The notes: generated from the sequence alone by a model not told the origin. A DNA stretch of 64,000 nt from Octopus vulgaris (GCA_951406725.2 OX597815.1:102672001-102736000), one strand, 5' to 3'. Counted from the first letter of the stretch, positions 26,573-41,572 are shown. A program made the numbers and translations.

Positions 26573-26823
26573 AGGCGGCGAGCTGGCAGAAACGTTAGCA
26601 CGCCGGGCGAAATGCTTAGCGGTATTTCGTCTGTTGTTACGTTCTGAGTTCAAATTCCGCCGAGGTCGATTTTGCCTTTCATCTTTTCGGGGTCGATTAA
26701 ATAAGTACCATTTACGCTCTGGGCTCGATATAATCGACTTAATCCGTTTGCCTGTTCTTGTCCTCTCTGTGTTTAGCCCCTTGTCGGTAGTAAAGAAATA
26801 GGTATTTTGTCTCCCGCTACGTT
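26573..26823 (+). mobile_element. tRNA-derived SINE, family C
   Basis: AGGCGGCGAGCTGGCAGAAACGTTAGC...GAGTTCAAATTCC (B box)...GCCTTTCATC.TTTCGGGGTCGA..AAATAAGTACC. Eroded relatives lie near 4170-4330, 4520-4660, 19970-20090, 30335-30480, 31885-31995 and 59040-59185 (minus). Confidence 0.88.
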
Positions 26824-27021
26824 AATGTTAGTTCCTTTATCTATAGTGATATTGTTATATAAGTTGGGGTTGTTAGTTATTGATTTTTTCCCACTTTTCT
26901 CACATTCCACATCATATTTTTATCATTTATATTATTTATATTATCATGTTGGCAAATAATATTGGCAAATGAAATAGGGATAAGAATGTGCATTGTCCGT
27001 TTGATTGGAAACTTTCTATAG

Positions 27022-27107
27022 GTCGCTGAAGATTGCTTGACATTTTAAAACTGATGTAATACTTACAGTGTTTAATAAAATGAAGTAGCATGAAACGATC
27101 GTACCAC
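27022..27107 (+). ncRNA. Type I hammerhead ribozyme motif with intact core
   Basis: GTCG-CTGAAGA(27026-32)-T-TGCT...AGCA-T-GAAA(27092-95)-CGATCG-TA-CCAC: palindromic stem III, GUA site, and stem I with 3 of 4 pairs. Confidence 0.62.
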
Positions 27108-27236
27108 ATTACTTCGGATATACTTGTTGCTTATTTTGATTGAAATCACCCTATGGATTTATATGGATAATAACACACAACATTCTGGTGCCATTGACTT
27201 AAGTACCATATTCATCTGAATCTAAATTTTGCTGAA

Positions 27237-27294
<58 letters not shown>

Positions 27295-27327
27295 CATGTA
27301 TATATGTTAGTGAATATACATGTATAA

Positions 27328-27387
<60 letters not shown>

Positions 27388-27531
27388 TATATATATATGT
27401 ATATATATATATATATATATATACATACATATACATGCGTATATATATATCTATATATATATATACATATATGCATATATATATCTGTATACATATGTGT
27501 ATATATGTATATACATATATATTATGTATGT

Positions 27532-27872
27532 GAAGCCGCATGGCTCAGTGGTTGGATCGTCGAGCTTACGATCGTGAGATTGTGAGTTCGATTCCCGAAC
27601 TGGGCTGCGTGTTGTGTTCTTGAGCAAGACACTTTATTTCACGTTGCTCCAGTTCACTCAGCTGTAGAAATGAGTTGCGACATCACTGGTGCCAAGCTGT
27701 ATCGGCCTTTGCCTTTCCCTTGGATAACATCAGTGGTGTGGAGAGGGGAGGCTGGTATCAATGGGCGACTGCTGGCCTTCCACAAACAACCTTGCCCGGA
27801 CCTGTGACTCGGAGGGTAACATTCTAGGTGCAATCCCTTGGTCCTTCATGACCGAAAGGGGTCTCCGCCTCC
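27532..27872 (+). mobile_element. tRNA-derived SINE, family A
   Basis: A box TGGCTCAGTGG and B box GAGTTCGATTCC; aligns with 18196-18540; embedded in (TA)n. Confidence 0.92.
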
Positions 27873-27881
27873 ATATATGTA

Positions 27882-28012
<131 letters not shown>

Positions 28013-28336
28013 GTATATATGTATGCATATATATACATATATGTATATATATGGGAACAAATAAGTTAAAAAACGAACAATTCAAACATTTTGAGAGATC
28101 CAAAAAGAGAGAAAGAATGAATTGTAATAAAGATTCATCACATTCATAAAGACAGCCAGAGTAATAAAAATATGAAGATAGCAGTTGAAAAATATCGTTA
28201 TATTTATAAACATACAAAATTTACTTATAGATAAATGGAGGAGAAAAATTGTTCCATCAAAATTAGATTTAATACAAATTAGGATTCAATACATACGCGT
28301 GCTTCAAAGGACAATACAAATATGTAATAAAAAAAT

Positions 28337-28506
28337 ATTATCATAGTAATTATAATTAAATTTATGCATTGTCCTTTTCATCTGTGTGAAGATTTTTTGG
28401 AAGGACATCAAAAAAGGTTTAAAAGCCTTTTTTGATGTCCTTCCAAACATTCTTCACACTGATAAGAATGACAATGCATACATTTAATCATAATTACTAT
28501 GATAGT
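28337..28506. repeat. Imperfect hairpin of about 170 bp
   Basis: ATCATAGTAATTAT...TTGGAAGGACATCAAAAAAGG-tttaaaag-CCTTTTTTGATGTCCTTCCAA...ATAATTACTATGAT. Confidence 0.9.
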
Positions 28507-28510
28507 AATT

Positions 28511-28555
<45 letters not shown>

Positions 28556-28819
28556 TATATTATATATATATATATATATTAAATATATTATAATATATCA
28601 TATAAATATAATATATAGATTATATATGTATGTTAAATATAGGAATATTCTATAGACTATCCAATAATTTATTTATATTACAATATTACATTAAATGCAA
28701 TGAATATAATATATAACATAACATTATATTATATAAATATTTATAAAAACCGTAAAAGGCCTAGAAATTGTTTCGACTTTTATATATTTTTTCCTGATGT
28801 ACATCGTCACAGTTCCATT

Positions 28820-29350
28820 ATATATATAGTCACCTCAGGGTCTTTGGTTTGGTAAAAGACGAAATTCCGTGTGAAAGACGGCTAGATTGTAAAAATTTAT
28901 TCAACGTTCTGAACGTGAACGTTAACTATTCAATCATACATAAATTTCCATTAAAAAAACAACAAAAACACTTTAACGGACGATACAATCAAGTAAGTGC
29001 AATCTACAACGATTGAAATTCACTTACCCGGAAACTTGAAATTCACGTACTCGGAAACTGGAAGAAGACTGTCGTATATATGTGTATGTTTATGTGTGTG
29101 TGTGTGTGTTGTATTTGTAACCCCATCATCACTTGACAACCAATGTTGCTGTGTTTACGTCCCTGTAACTTAGCCGTTTGGCAAAACACACCGATAGAAT
29201 AAGTATAAGCTTACAAAGAATATATCCTGGTGTCGATTTCTTAGACTATAGGCGGTGCTCCAGTGTAGCCGGACTCACATGACTGAAACAAGTAAAACTA
29301 TAAAAAACTATGCCATTTTAATCCCGAGCAACGCCGGGTATATCGGTTAG
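28820..29350 (+). mobile_element. Helitron remnant (3' end) interrupted by a family D SINE 3' half at about 29038-29300
   Basis: 3' hairpin CCCGAGCAACGCCGGG followed by TATATCGG-TTAG|T at 29323-29351, the same hairpin as the Helitron at 60731. The left boundary is uncertain. Confidence 0.65.
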
Positions 29351-32299
29351 TATATAGCTAAATGTGTTACAAATTATGTCAACACCATGGTTGATAGTCT
29401 TATCCGCATATTTTGCTACACTCAGCGTCACTCAGAAGAACTGAAATGAATTCAAATATTGCACACACACACACACACACACAGAAGCATATCTGTGTGT
29501 GTATGTGTGTATTTGTATTAGTTCGTGTATGTAATAAATGGCTAAATGATAGGACAACGCCTTTTTATAAAAAAAGTAGTTGATACAATTTCATAGGGTG
29601 AAATATTGCACCAGCTATGGGTCTTTTTAAACATGTTGCTGACGTGCCACTTTAAAATGTTTAGAGGATCAAATCGAAGCCAATCCTTATTTTAAACCAG
29701 ACACCTATCCGAGCAATGTCTTTCTGCCAATGATCTTCTATATTCAAAGTCTAAATTTTACTATGTTTTGTTTCTTATGTAACCAAAACTGGTCATTAAA
29801 CAAATACAGCGAAATAATCATCTTTTCTGTTTAGTATTGTTACACATTTCAGTGGAAAGTATAGATTAGAAGTTACAGAGTCTTAGAAAATATTTGTGAT
29901 AGCCTGAGTTAACATGAATACGAACACACACAAATTCTGTCTCCAGCACAAACGAACGCGCATATGTTTGTGTACCAATATCGTTAGAATATAGTTTAAT
30001 AGCGATATGTTTCATAGTAGACGATTTATATCAGGATTGCTGGCATTCCATTTATCTGCTTAGATCTTTACACAATAACCTGTCGGTGCATGCTTTATCG
30101 GTGCCAGAATGATCAAACACTCAGTTACTTGTCTTTATGATGTATTGAAGTATATCGTATCCAGTACACAACTTAAAGCCTAGAAATTGGTAAGTATATA
30201 TACAGAAACAGTAAGTTGTGAATAATAGAAGCATTGCCATCTGAATAGAACATATATAATGTTGACGAAATGGACTGTAATTTTCAGAGTTTATGTAATA
30301 TAATAAGGATATTTGTTACGAATGTTTGGAATACCAGAGTCGGTAAAATACGGGAACAAACAACCAGAAATCTTTAGTTACGTCACTTTACGTTCTGATT
30401 TCAGTTGCCATTCTATGTCAATCTTTTTGTTCTCCCAGAGTTGTTAAAATATTGTAAAATATTTATATTGTACTTATCAGTGTAGGGTATATAACATAAA
30501 TGTTACCTCATCCGATCTAAAATGTTTGCCCTTTATATGTAAAGGCTGCTCTGAAATTGAAGGCATATGACTGTCGTAGACATTCAGCTGCTGATCAAGG
30601 CTGGAGTATATTCTGGTTCTGAAAAAGGAATATGAGTGAAATGCAGTTTTGATAATATTGTAAATATCTGGTTTGATGGAAAGCCATCAAAGTTTATGAG
30701 AGTAAACTTTTGTAGTGAGTTTGAGATTTAGCAGTGTGTTGTTCAGGAAATGTGATGTCTGTGTCTGTGAATTTAAAGTGTATGTCATTAATATGAGTAA
30801 CAATAACTTGTCATGCTTCCATTAAATGAATTCTCTGTATACTGTGTATGCATTACGCAGCTGTTAAATATTTGCACATTGTTTACGTGGAGTACAAGAA
30901 GGTAGCATGTAGGTAGTGCGCACGTGTTTGTGTGTGTGCGTGTGCATGCGCACGCGCGTGTGTGTATGTGAGGTTAGAGTTTACAGACAGACAGAGTATC
31001 AGTGCTTAATATATAGGTGGGAAAGGCTGAGAAGCATAGCCAGTACCTGAGTACACTTTAATTGATGGAATGTAGCTTGGGGATAGATTCCTTGAATTAT
31101 TCGGCTATTAGGGAAAGTTTCAGATCAAGAGATGAGAGACCAGTAGAAGCTATGAGAAGGTAAATTTAGATAACATTATCACGTCAACTATGGCTGAATG
31201 ATTTGATGATCCTCAGGGCAACAATATCATTCAAGGGTGAGAAAATACTTATGCATGACATTTGAAAAGCATGATATGCTTCTCTATAAACTATATTGTG
31301 GGCTGTTAAGAAGAAAACAGAATCCAAGGTGATAAAGGTGAACACTTTCTAATATCTTCGAGATGTCAGAAGTGAGTGAAATAAAATGAGAGTGTGTAGA
31401 GTGAGAGGTTATCTTTGACAATTTTAAGAGTTTAGTCAAGCTAACAGATCCGCTGGGTGCAAACTATCCAAAATTGATAAACGTGGTAAGAATGGGATAG
31501 TTCAAGGTAGAGGGCTTTTATTGTAAATGCATGTGTACGTGTTGTGTGTGCAGGTTTGTGTGTGTGTGAATGTGCCTGCATACGTGCGTGGATTTTGGAG
31601 TAAACCTGACAAAATTATAGTTGTTTTATCTGTAGGTGTTTAATTTCTCGAAGCAACATGTTTGGAACATATATAAGAGTAAGTTATATCAAGTATTAAC
31701 TATCATAAGATTACCATGGCAACTTAAATCTAATATACGGCCTCCAGTGACAGCAAAGTTTCAAATTAGTCTTCCCCTAAATAGTTGAGATATAACAGAG
31801 ATTATTGAAATTTATTAGTACAAGTACTAACAACAGAGAATACAATTAATGTATGTTCTGAAGTAAAAAATTACAATAATCAGCAGAGTCGGACAAATTG
31901 CCTGCAACATTTATTTACAGACAATTAATGCTTTGAGTTCAAATTCTGCTGTGGTAAAATTTGCCTTTCACGCTTTCGGAATCGATAAAATAATTATTCT
32001 AGATTGTAAGAAGCTTGAACAAACGTTGTTTAGCTCAGAGGTAACCATAGAAAGTAGATCGATCATTAAAAACGCTGGTGTGATTATGTGATTATGAGGT
32101 CTTCTATTCAGAGTTAGGTTATCGAGCATTTGCTTCTGCTTTGGAAAACGGCAGGAAGATTTGGTTGTTATTTTTAGCAGATATTCACTTATTAGTTTGG
32201 TTATGGATAATAAGAGTACCATGTAATATTAGGTCACTGTTAAACTGTAGAAATGTATTTACAATATTCGTACATTCAAAGAATCACTGTGTTAAAGCT

Positions 32300-32905
32300 A
32301 AAATAACATGGTCATCATGAAAACCATCTTCCCCCAAAATGTGATTGCCTTTGAGTGTGTCTTCAGTGAGTGTGACGTCATCCCATCCCACATCTTTGAA
32401 AAGGGCCTTAGGCCCAATCCAATCGGTTATGTGAAGCTATTGAAGACTCTAGTCAATATCTGACTAGAGATTATTACGACCAGATGGTCATATGTGTGGC
32501 AGCAGGATTCGGCTCCTTGCATTACCTCCGTAAAGATTAAGATGTGGTTGTCGAAGATGTTCTACCACTTCACCAGCCCCAATTTCTGACTTGCTAATTC
32601 ACCCTATTGCAATCGCAAAGATTACTATGTATGGGGTGCAGTTGCGAAATACATCAATCGCTCTGCTTGCGACACCGATGCCAAAATGGTGGTGTTCGAA
32701 CTTCCCAGGGACACAGCAAGGAACGTATAAGACCCGTCTTCAGGCTGTGGTTGAAGCTGAAGGCGGTTACTTTGAATAAATTGTTATCTCTCAGTCATAA
32801 TGTTGATATTTTTTGATATTTTAAAATACTTTTATTGTTGTTTAGGTTATTGCGTTTCCTTATCCTTTTACGCAAACTGTCAACTTTAACCCGATCACTC
32901 TATAA
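32300..32905 (+). mobile_element. maT/DD37D-like transposase 3' remnant with terminal repeat
   Basis: DVIPSHIFEKGLR...YVWQQDSAPC...NSPYCNRKDYYVWGAV...RLQAVVEAEGGYFE*; ends CTGTCAACTTTAACCCGATCACTCTATA. Confidence 0.8.
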
Positions 32906-33559
32906 TATATAAAGGTTAACTGATATAATACACAGTTATTTATTGCGCTAATGTAATGTATGGAAGATTTGCCAACATTCTATGCTTCTTAATGTATTTT
33001 ACATTGCTGCACCTATGAATTGTTCTGCACCAGCATGATGAAACGAAGTATATAGCTGGTAGAAACATCTATAAAGTTCAGAGTATGATTTGGCTTGTCA
33101 CCGATGAAACTCAAACTCAGTGTAAGTATTTTCCATCTGAAAATTAATTTTATCTCCTTATATATGTAATGAGTGAGTTTCCAGTTAATGTTTTATCATC
33201 TTTATGAGCACGTATATCAACACAACACTCACCCAGATATATCTACCCATATATATATATATATATATGTATATATGATAGAGTGTAAAGCATATGTATT
33301 TATCATATAATGTATAGGTGTTTATAGTTATAATGTAAAGTATAGATATGAATTTTTACCGTAAGTAAAAGTATAATAAAATAGAAAATAAAATCCAATA
33401 AAAATAAATAATTATTGCTAGACTATAATTTCGAGATATTTGTTGGCATAATGTCATATAAATATATCTATCGAAATATCGTTATGTATATCGATGTATT
33501 TTAATATTGTGGTAATATAGGATATATATATTCATACATATACACACACTAGGGCGCGC

Positions 33560-33626
<67 letters not shown>

Positions 33627-36600
33627 GTATATATATATGTTTGTGTGAGTGTCCACATTTATTTGTAAAATACAGAAATTTAGGCTTCTAATGGAACCAA
33701 TATGTAGTTATTGTTATAAAATGAAGTACTCATTTTTTTAAAATTTGACTGAAACTACTTTTCAGGATTTTATAAAAAATTAAATTTAACGAAAACATCG
33801 AGTAGTCATTAAAAGGTGACAGATTTAAAGCAAAAAGCTAAATGAAAAAGAATAAAGCAAAGAACTTGAAAGATACTTTTTGAACTGCAATAATTAGTTC
33901 CATTACGTAAAGCAGTAAAACAAATCTGCAATTTTGAGATTAATGGGAGGTAATTGAATTGATGAGACAACATTCTGTAGAGAAGTTGTAGAGGAAAATA
34001 TAGTTAAACCATTAAGAGGTATAAAACTTGAAACCAGAGTGTTTAATTGAATATGATAATTGAAAGAAAGATAACAATATAAAAAGTTAAAAACAATTAA
34101 GAATTAAAGTTGAGAAATGGAAAATACAAATAATCTGAAATAAAGAATTAACAGTTGAAATCTAAATATGGATAAAGGGAAGAGAGAGAGGGAGAGAGAG
34201 GGAGAGGGAGGGACATAGAGAGGGAGAGAGAGAGAGAGAGGGAGGGACATAGAGAGGGACAGAGAGGTGGAGTTGGTGCAAGGAAGGGTAAATAGACTTA
34301 GAATGATACTGTTTAAGGGGAAATATAAAAAGATGACTGGATCAAGAAGAAAAGGGTCAGAAGTAAATTCAAACAATGTCCAAATTTTATTGTAAACTTT
34401 GGCAAGTAAAGTTATAAACGTTTAGAAATATTTTGAGCAGTTGGACAACTTTAAAACGTAGATTTACTTCAAGTCATCTCAAATTGTTGTAAATGTCATT
34501 CATTTCCAAAAGATTGCTGTTAATCCTTCGAACTGCCTGCGGATTACATTAACGAACACATTTCTACTAATGTTTTTGTCTTTGTTTATATAGAATCTTT
34601 TAATAACTAGAACACACAATAGAATATAGGAATTCCACCAAACATGGTTTCAGCGTTCTAGGAAGTAATTATTTCAATTATTTCAACTGAAATTAATATT
34701 TGCTTCTATCTATTTATTCCTGTATATCAGAATATCAACTTATAAATAAAGAAAAGATGGCGTTTTTGTATCGATAGTTACGACTCAGAGATTATAAACT
34801 AGCACACAAATGTAAGTAATGATTAAAAAATCTGCTACAGCTTCATGTGATTGGTAATCAAACCAAGTATGGATCAATTCAAGAAGTATTAGCACATCTT
34901 CCTCGTGGCAAAGCATTTCCAAGCATGTCAAACTACAAGAAATTTAAGTAAAAAAGGCATCTTTTTTGCATATTTTGGGATTAGAATTTCGGTAAGCCAT
35001 GGAATAAGAAAAAAAAAGTAAAAGGAAGTGAAATAACAAAACAGTAGAAAAAGCCAAAGCAAAATGAAAATCTTTTCGTAAAAATTTGAATTACTTTCCC
35101 GAGGGTTGCATAAAATAACCACGAAACGTAGTACAATGTTTCAAAAAGTTATAGGACTACTATTGGCGTATTAATGTTCATGCTGGTGTCAATAAACATT
35201 AATAATATATAAATCATATTTATGAGGGGATACTGCTAGGAGAGGTAATTCATTGTTGTTTTCTTATGTCATAGTTCAACAAACAACAGAGCGAATATTT
35301 CCTGGAGTTTGTTTACAATAAAAGTTAAATGCCATGAAAAGTTCATAAGAGATTTGTTCTACAGTCAATCTGACATTCAATGTTTTACAACTAGAAAAGG
35401 CGCTAAAATATTATGATGCTGTGAAAAATAAAGGAACAGCATCGATAATACTGCGAAGATTGTTTTGGAATCAAGGATACCAAAATAGGCTCTTTTGTTT
35501 AATTATATACTAAAATGTCTTTTTGCGCTATTCTCCGAACTATGCACAAATAGCATCATAAGATTAAATAAAAAATTGAATAAAAAATAAAATAGAATAT
35601 AAAATATAAACCCAGTGGTTACGTATTTGAAAGTTTATAATTTAGATAAAATAATCTTATAAAATAAGAATAAATTATTTATTGCGTGTTTACACTAAAA
35701 TGTCGCTGCGTGTAAACTTCGCATATTAAGCTTCTCTTGCGCGAAAGAAGCAACGCTATTAATAGAATCTGTCCGGTGACACTATTAAATATCTTTTCAA
35801 AAATTATTTCTTCAAAGATTGGTCTACAATGATACACAGATACTATTATTTTTCTAGTTTTCTGACATACAGCTCAGTGGCAATATGATAAAATCGTTAT
35901 CTGAAACTAATATACGAGTATATAAAAACAATATTAAAGCAGACATGTCAAATTTGTAATTTCAAAATACTGAGAAAACAGCATTGATTTAAATTTCTGA
36001 CAAGATATTGATTTCGTTTTAATGGGCAAAATAATATTTTTGTTTTTAAATAATCGATTGAATTTACCACAGTATATTGCCAAAATTTTATTGACCATCC
36101 AAATAGCTGTATGGCAAGTCATTTTCAGTATAATCTAATATGAATGGAGGCGTAAAGATTTAAACATCTACATTCCGATCCGTTGTCTCCACACCAAGAA
36201 CATTTAACATAAGATGAGAAAATTAAATGAAATTGCTGCAAGTAAAGATAGGTAAGAAAAAGTAAACTCGTGAATATTTATAATTTAATATTCATATCCA
36301 TAGTCGCTTCACTTCAGCTTTAGTATCCGTTCGTCTGAATATCTTTGTTACTAATTTTGTTTCAACCCAGATCAGTCCTCATCAAACATACCTTTGATAA
36401 AGAGGTCTCACCCAAGGCCTTCACATTATTTTTATTGAACATAATATAAACAGGAATGCGCTATAATATGTGTCCTTCCATTTTTATAAAGGAGTGATTT
36501 CAGAGTTTTTATTTCTATTTCTAGTAGGTTAAGAGACTACATTGAAGCAGCTACAACGTTTTGTGAATTTCCTTGTTCTTGGTACACATACCCTGTCTTT

Positions 36601-38333
36601 TCGTTTCGTTCTGTCTTAATTATAAAATTTAAATTTGTGTGATAAAATTGGAATCAACTCACACGTAGCATGTTTATATTCTAAAGTTCGTACTGTCGCT
36701 TATGTTTCCCATGAAACATATCTTGGGCCTTCACAAATATGACAATCTACCATCGACGAATTTAGTCCTAGATGCACATATTGGGTACAACCGGAAAGCT
36801 TTTGAGGTAAAAATTACTTGATTAAAGCTTACTTGGCTACGCTAACAGCATCATCGTCGACAACAACAAAAACAATAGGAGCGATGTCAAAGGTAGGACC
36901 TATCCACAGAAAATATCATTCATTTTTCCATTATACGTGGCATTCAAATTACTGATTATATTCGTATATTTCGAAAAAGTCAGTGGTATTAGAAATTAAT
37001 AAGATAGTCATTGCAAGAGATCGTGAAGTTCGGCATAGTGCAGGTATAGACGTATTGATAAGAAGCTGACTTCGCAACAACGAGGTATGGAGTTCAGTCT
37101 CACTGCATGACACCAATGCCATTAATCAAAAAATTATTGACAATTATCTTTCGTAGACGAAAACTTTAGAAAATCATCTGAAGCGACGTGTATCCTTGAA
37201 TGGTAAACTTAAATTGTTTCTCGGTTTCGGACTACTATCTATCCCATGGGTAGACTGGGAACTTTAAGCATTCTAGCCTAGAAAATACATCCCCTTTTCT
37301 CCATCAATAGCCAACATCGTCTTCAGATTAAATGATAAAATATAGATAAAAATAATAAATTAGATTCTGTACTTGCCAATGCATTACAACATAATGAACT
37401 TTTCTGAGGAATTCTATAAACTATTTGAACCCAGCGGAAACCTTCAGTTTACTGGAAATCTGAGATTTTGTCGAAATTATATCCTTCGTAAATCTATATG
37501 AACGCTTTTATCACTAAACAAAAGTACCATCCCACTATTATAGAATATTCACCGTCTCTCTACAAGCGGTTTAACGCTCCACCTTAATTTCTATAACTCG
37601 TGCACCAAATTTATATAAATCTCATTCTATAAATTATATCTTGGTATTATAGTGCCATTACACCGGTATTGAATGCCATTAATCAATATTTTCCAAATGT
37701 GAAAACTGTAAAACGCGCAGCTAATTATGGTATTACGACGATAGCCATTAGTAAATATATTCCATAAATTCTTGGTCACTCGGATAAAGTTCTACAGTAA
37801 CTCCATCTCATTTGGCATTTACTCAGTATGAAGGAAACTTGCTTACACATACATACTTGCAAACAATAACCACACATACCAAGGAAATATACTTGACCTT
37901 AAAGATGAACTGGACACCACTAGAACGCTCACGATCTCTTCAGATTATCACTGAAGAGTTCTCATTGTCAATATGCATGCACAACAACTGCAAAGCGTAA
38001 TCGTTTACAAACTCCAAAACATGATTATCCTTGACAAATCTCAGATGAAACCCACAACAGAGTACAACTTACGTCGCCGAGACGATACTGTTGTTACATA
38101 GACTGAAAGCTTAGGCTACATAGAGAAAAGGGTACTCGGCAAAGTCGTATGTGGTCGCTCGTTAACATCACAACTGCAATCAAGCAGTCATCCCGCTCTC
38201 GTCTATCATATCATTTCTATAGCTGTTCTTGTAAATCGTTGGTGTCTAGTCTTATCCACCTCAACTCAATATTCCGAACTTTCTAAATCGCCATACTGTA
38301 CCGACCTGCAAGTCTAGCACAAACGACTAGAGT

Positions 38334-38678
38334 GAAGGCGCAATGGCCCAGAGGTTAGGTAAGCGGACTCGTGGTCGTAGGATCGCGGTTTCGATTCCCA
38401 GATCAGGCGTTGTGAGTGTTTATTGAGCGAAACACCTAAAGCTCAACGTAGCTCCGGCAGTGGGTAGTGGCGAACAACTTTCTTTCACACTTTCTTTCTG
38501 TGTCTATTCTGCCTGTATTTCAAAGGACCAGCCTTGTCACACTCTGTGTTACGCTGAATCTCCCCGAGGACTACACGTGTCTCTGGAGTGCTCAGCCACG
38601 CTAATTTCACGAGCAGGCTGTTTCGTTGATCGAATCAAATGGTACCCTTGTCGTCCTAAGCGACGGAGTGCCGCGACA
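38334..38678 (+). mobile_element. tRNA-derived SINE, family B
   Basis: GAAGGCGCAATGGCCCAGAGGTTAGG...GGTTTCGATTCCCAG (A and B boxes); the tail is shared with 16025-16181. Confidence 0.87.
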
Positions 38679-40287
38679 ATATCTAGTACTTTCTAGTCAG
38701 AGGATCACGCCTCTAGAATTCCTTCCTTGCTCACGTTTTCCTACAGAAATCGGCTTAAGCAGAATATTAACGGTAGAATTCCTTCATTTACACCTATACA
38801 GGGGAAGTATGAATTGAATAAATATTCTCTATTGTTGCCAAAATTTTGAATAGGATGGATAAATATTATAACTACAAAATAATAAAATCATAAATCTTTA
38901 TAACATCTTCAAACCCTACTCAATGTTTCATTACCGATCGTGAATATTGCTCTGAAAGGCTACATCCATTAGCAAGTTAATTTCCTGCAGTCCTTAGTTT
39001 TAGAGAATCATAGCGAAAAATATCTTCAGAACTTGATATTAATAATGTCTTTGATTACAAACCACCAACTAATCATTCTTCCTATGAACCTGTCACTGTC
39101 AATGAAAGATGTAATATTATTTTTCGAAACGTGCTTGTGTGAACAGAAACTTCTGACCCAAGCATTTTCGTAGTCTAATATTTAGACTGACTTTACTCGG
39201 TTAATTTAATGAATTTGAGTATGATATCTATAAAAACTCCACGAACGAACGAGAACGTCTCTGTGTGAGGGCATGAGCTGCTAGAAATAGCAGCTAAATT
39301 TCCTCAAATTACTCTCATTAAGTATTTTTAAAAGAACATATTGGATAACGTATTCCTAGATACATTGTACTTTTAAAACCTTTGATCAAGGTTACTTTTC
39401 ATTAAAAAAACCCAACTATAACTACATCAATAACAGGATACTAAGCATACGCTCGATTTGCTAGAAATAGCAACCAAAACTCCTTCTAATGATACATTAT
39501 TTGGAAAACTACAGGGTGGTGATGGCTAGAATAATTTAGGTCATGGTTGTCATTGATACGGGACAAGATGTCAGTAATAAAAGCAGCAAGAACAATAACA
39601 ATACAAAGGCAAACAACAGAACAAGTTGGGCATTGTGTGTGTGATTGTATGTACATGTACGTGCATAACAATATGTAGTAAGGGTCATTCTGAGTTGATA
39701 TCAGGAAGCAAAGTTAAGGAGAAGAAAGCGTAGGATGAATTACTACGTAGGATAGAATAGTATATTTAACATGCTTCAAAATACTTGGGTTCGTAGAGAT
39801 TTCAATCAGTAAATAAAGAGAAAAATAACAAAGGAATAAATAAATAAATTAGTAACTGGGACAATACACCATAATAGATAAAGTAATATCTGGGAGTACA
39901 TGGAAGGTCATTGTAGGTAGCTAAATCAGTCGCTCGACCTTTTTGCCTCTCTCTATACATGGAAATATGTTTACATACACATACTGGGAACATGTTTCAA
40001 TCTCATCATTCAGTTTCATACAGACGTCTAGTGATTCTACAAACAATTTTGTTATTTACGAGATGAAAAATCTTGCAATATGTAAGTCAGTATGAAAAAC
40101 AAAGTAACTCGCTTTGCATTCAAGCGCGTTCGGTGCATTTAAAGTTTTTCGACAGCATATATTTATGACTCACGATACTTGCACTACATTATATAAAGAA
40201 ACATGCGCACAAGAACGTAGAAATGTCTGTGCAAGTACATTTTTAGATAAGCACATACAATTGTATTCATACATGCACATACACACG

Positions 40288-40354
<67 letters not shown>

Positions 40355-41572
40355 GTATCATACACAGGAATCTAGCAATATCTACCCGTTTTACATAATC
40401 ATCCGATTGGGTATTCAACAGTGCTAATATTTCTAGGCCTCACGAAATAATTACACAAAATGAAGCCACATCATTATGTTGTCAAGAGAAATAATATACA
40501 CAATATCAAAATGCTAAAGACGAAATAGAAGTCGATTGTAAAACTATTGCTATGAACCAAATGTAACAGAGAAAAACATAGAAGAATTATTAAGCCTACA
40601 GAGCTATACTCATCGAATAGTTCATTCTATTATATGCACTTAAATAAAAGCTTTGATCAATATTGCTGCACTGATTAAATTCTTGCGGAAGCCCATGTGT
40701 GTACTTATATGTGATTCTGTGTGGGAATGGATGTACCTCCCAGTAAAAATGTATTTTCTATTGCCATCTTGTGAAATGAATAGTAGATTAAAACATTTTG
40801 TATTGTTTCAAGATACCGACAATACTTTCAAAGAATTCTGCATAAATTATCATCTCTAAATAAACGATCAAGCAATCACATCTCTTCCATTTTCAGTGAA
40901 AGGAAAATTTTCTTAACCTTATGCTGTTGCACTGTTTAGATTTCTGATCAACCACAGTGGTAATTAGCAATGAAAAGGGAAAGAAAAGAATACTAACTTT
41001 TACTTCTATTAAACGATGCGTGCAAACGAAATTCTAGAACTTTATTATTTGCGGCTTGCAGTTTAATCGTTTCATTAACTTCCCTAAAATCAACAAATAT
41101 TGAATAATACTACAAGAACACTGCAAATATTAAAAGAAAAACAGATTTTTAGATAAAATGAGTACCTTATTTGATGATTTTGATCATGAAATTAAAACAA
41201 AATATGACCACGATTTTTTCGGATTAAACTACTGAAATGATATGACAATCAAGCTGCAGCAGTATCAACAGCATTAAAGCTAAACTTTATATTCTTCAGT
41301 GTAAATTAAATGCACTTTTTTGTATTTGCACTTAACAGGTTTATATTAATTGATATCTTAGTAATGTAAGATTAGAAAATATCGACCTGTAGGCTAAGAC
41401 ACTTGTGGTTCAAATACAGATACAAGTATTAGTAGGGCCTACAATGCTGGAGAAAATTAAGTTGTCGTCTATATTGATCCTATTTTATTCATAGTATTTT
41501 CCTGATCACCACAGAATGTCTGAAATAATAAAAGACGAAATCTACCGTAATGGGATTGAAACTCTTAAGATT

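Noticed and set aside
30500-31550. Possible old LINE fossils here and at about 37400-38300, 53260-53700, 54320-54770 and 59400-59750
   Set aside because: Only a vague resemblance; I could not read a diagnostic motif with confidence.
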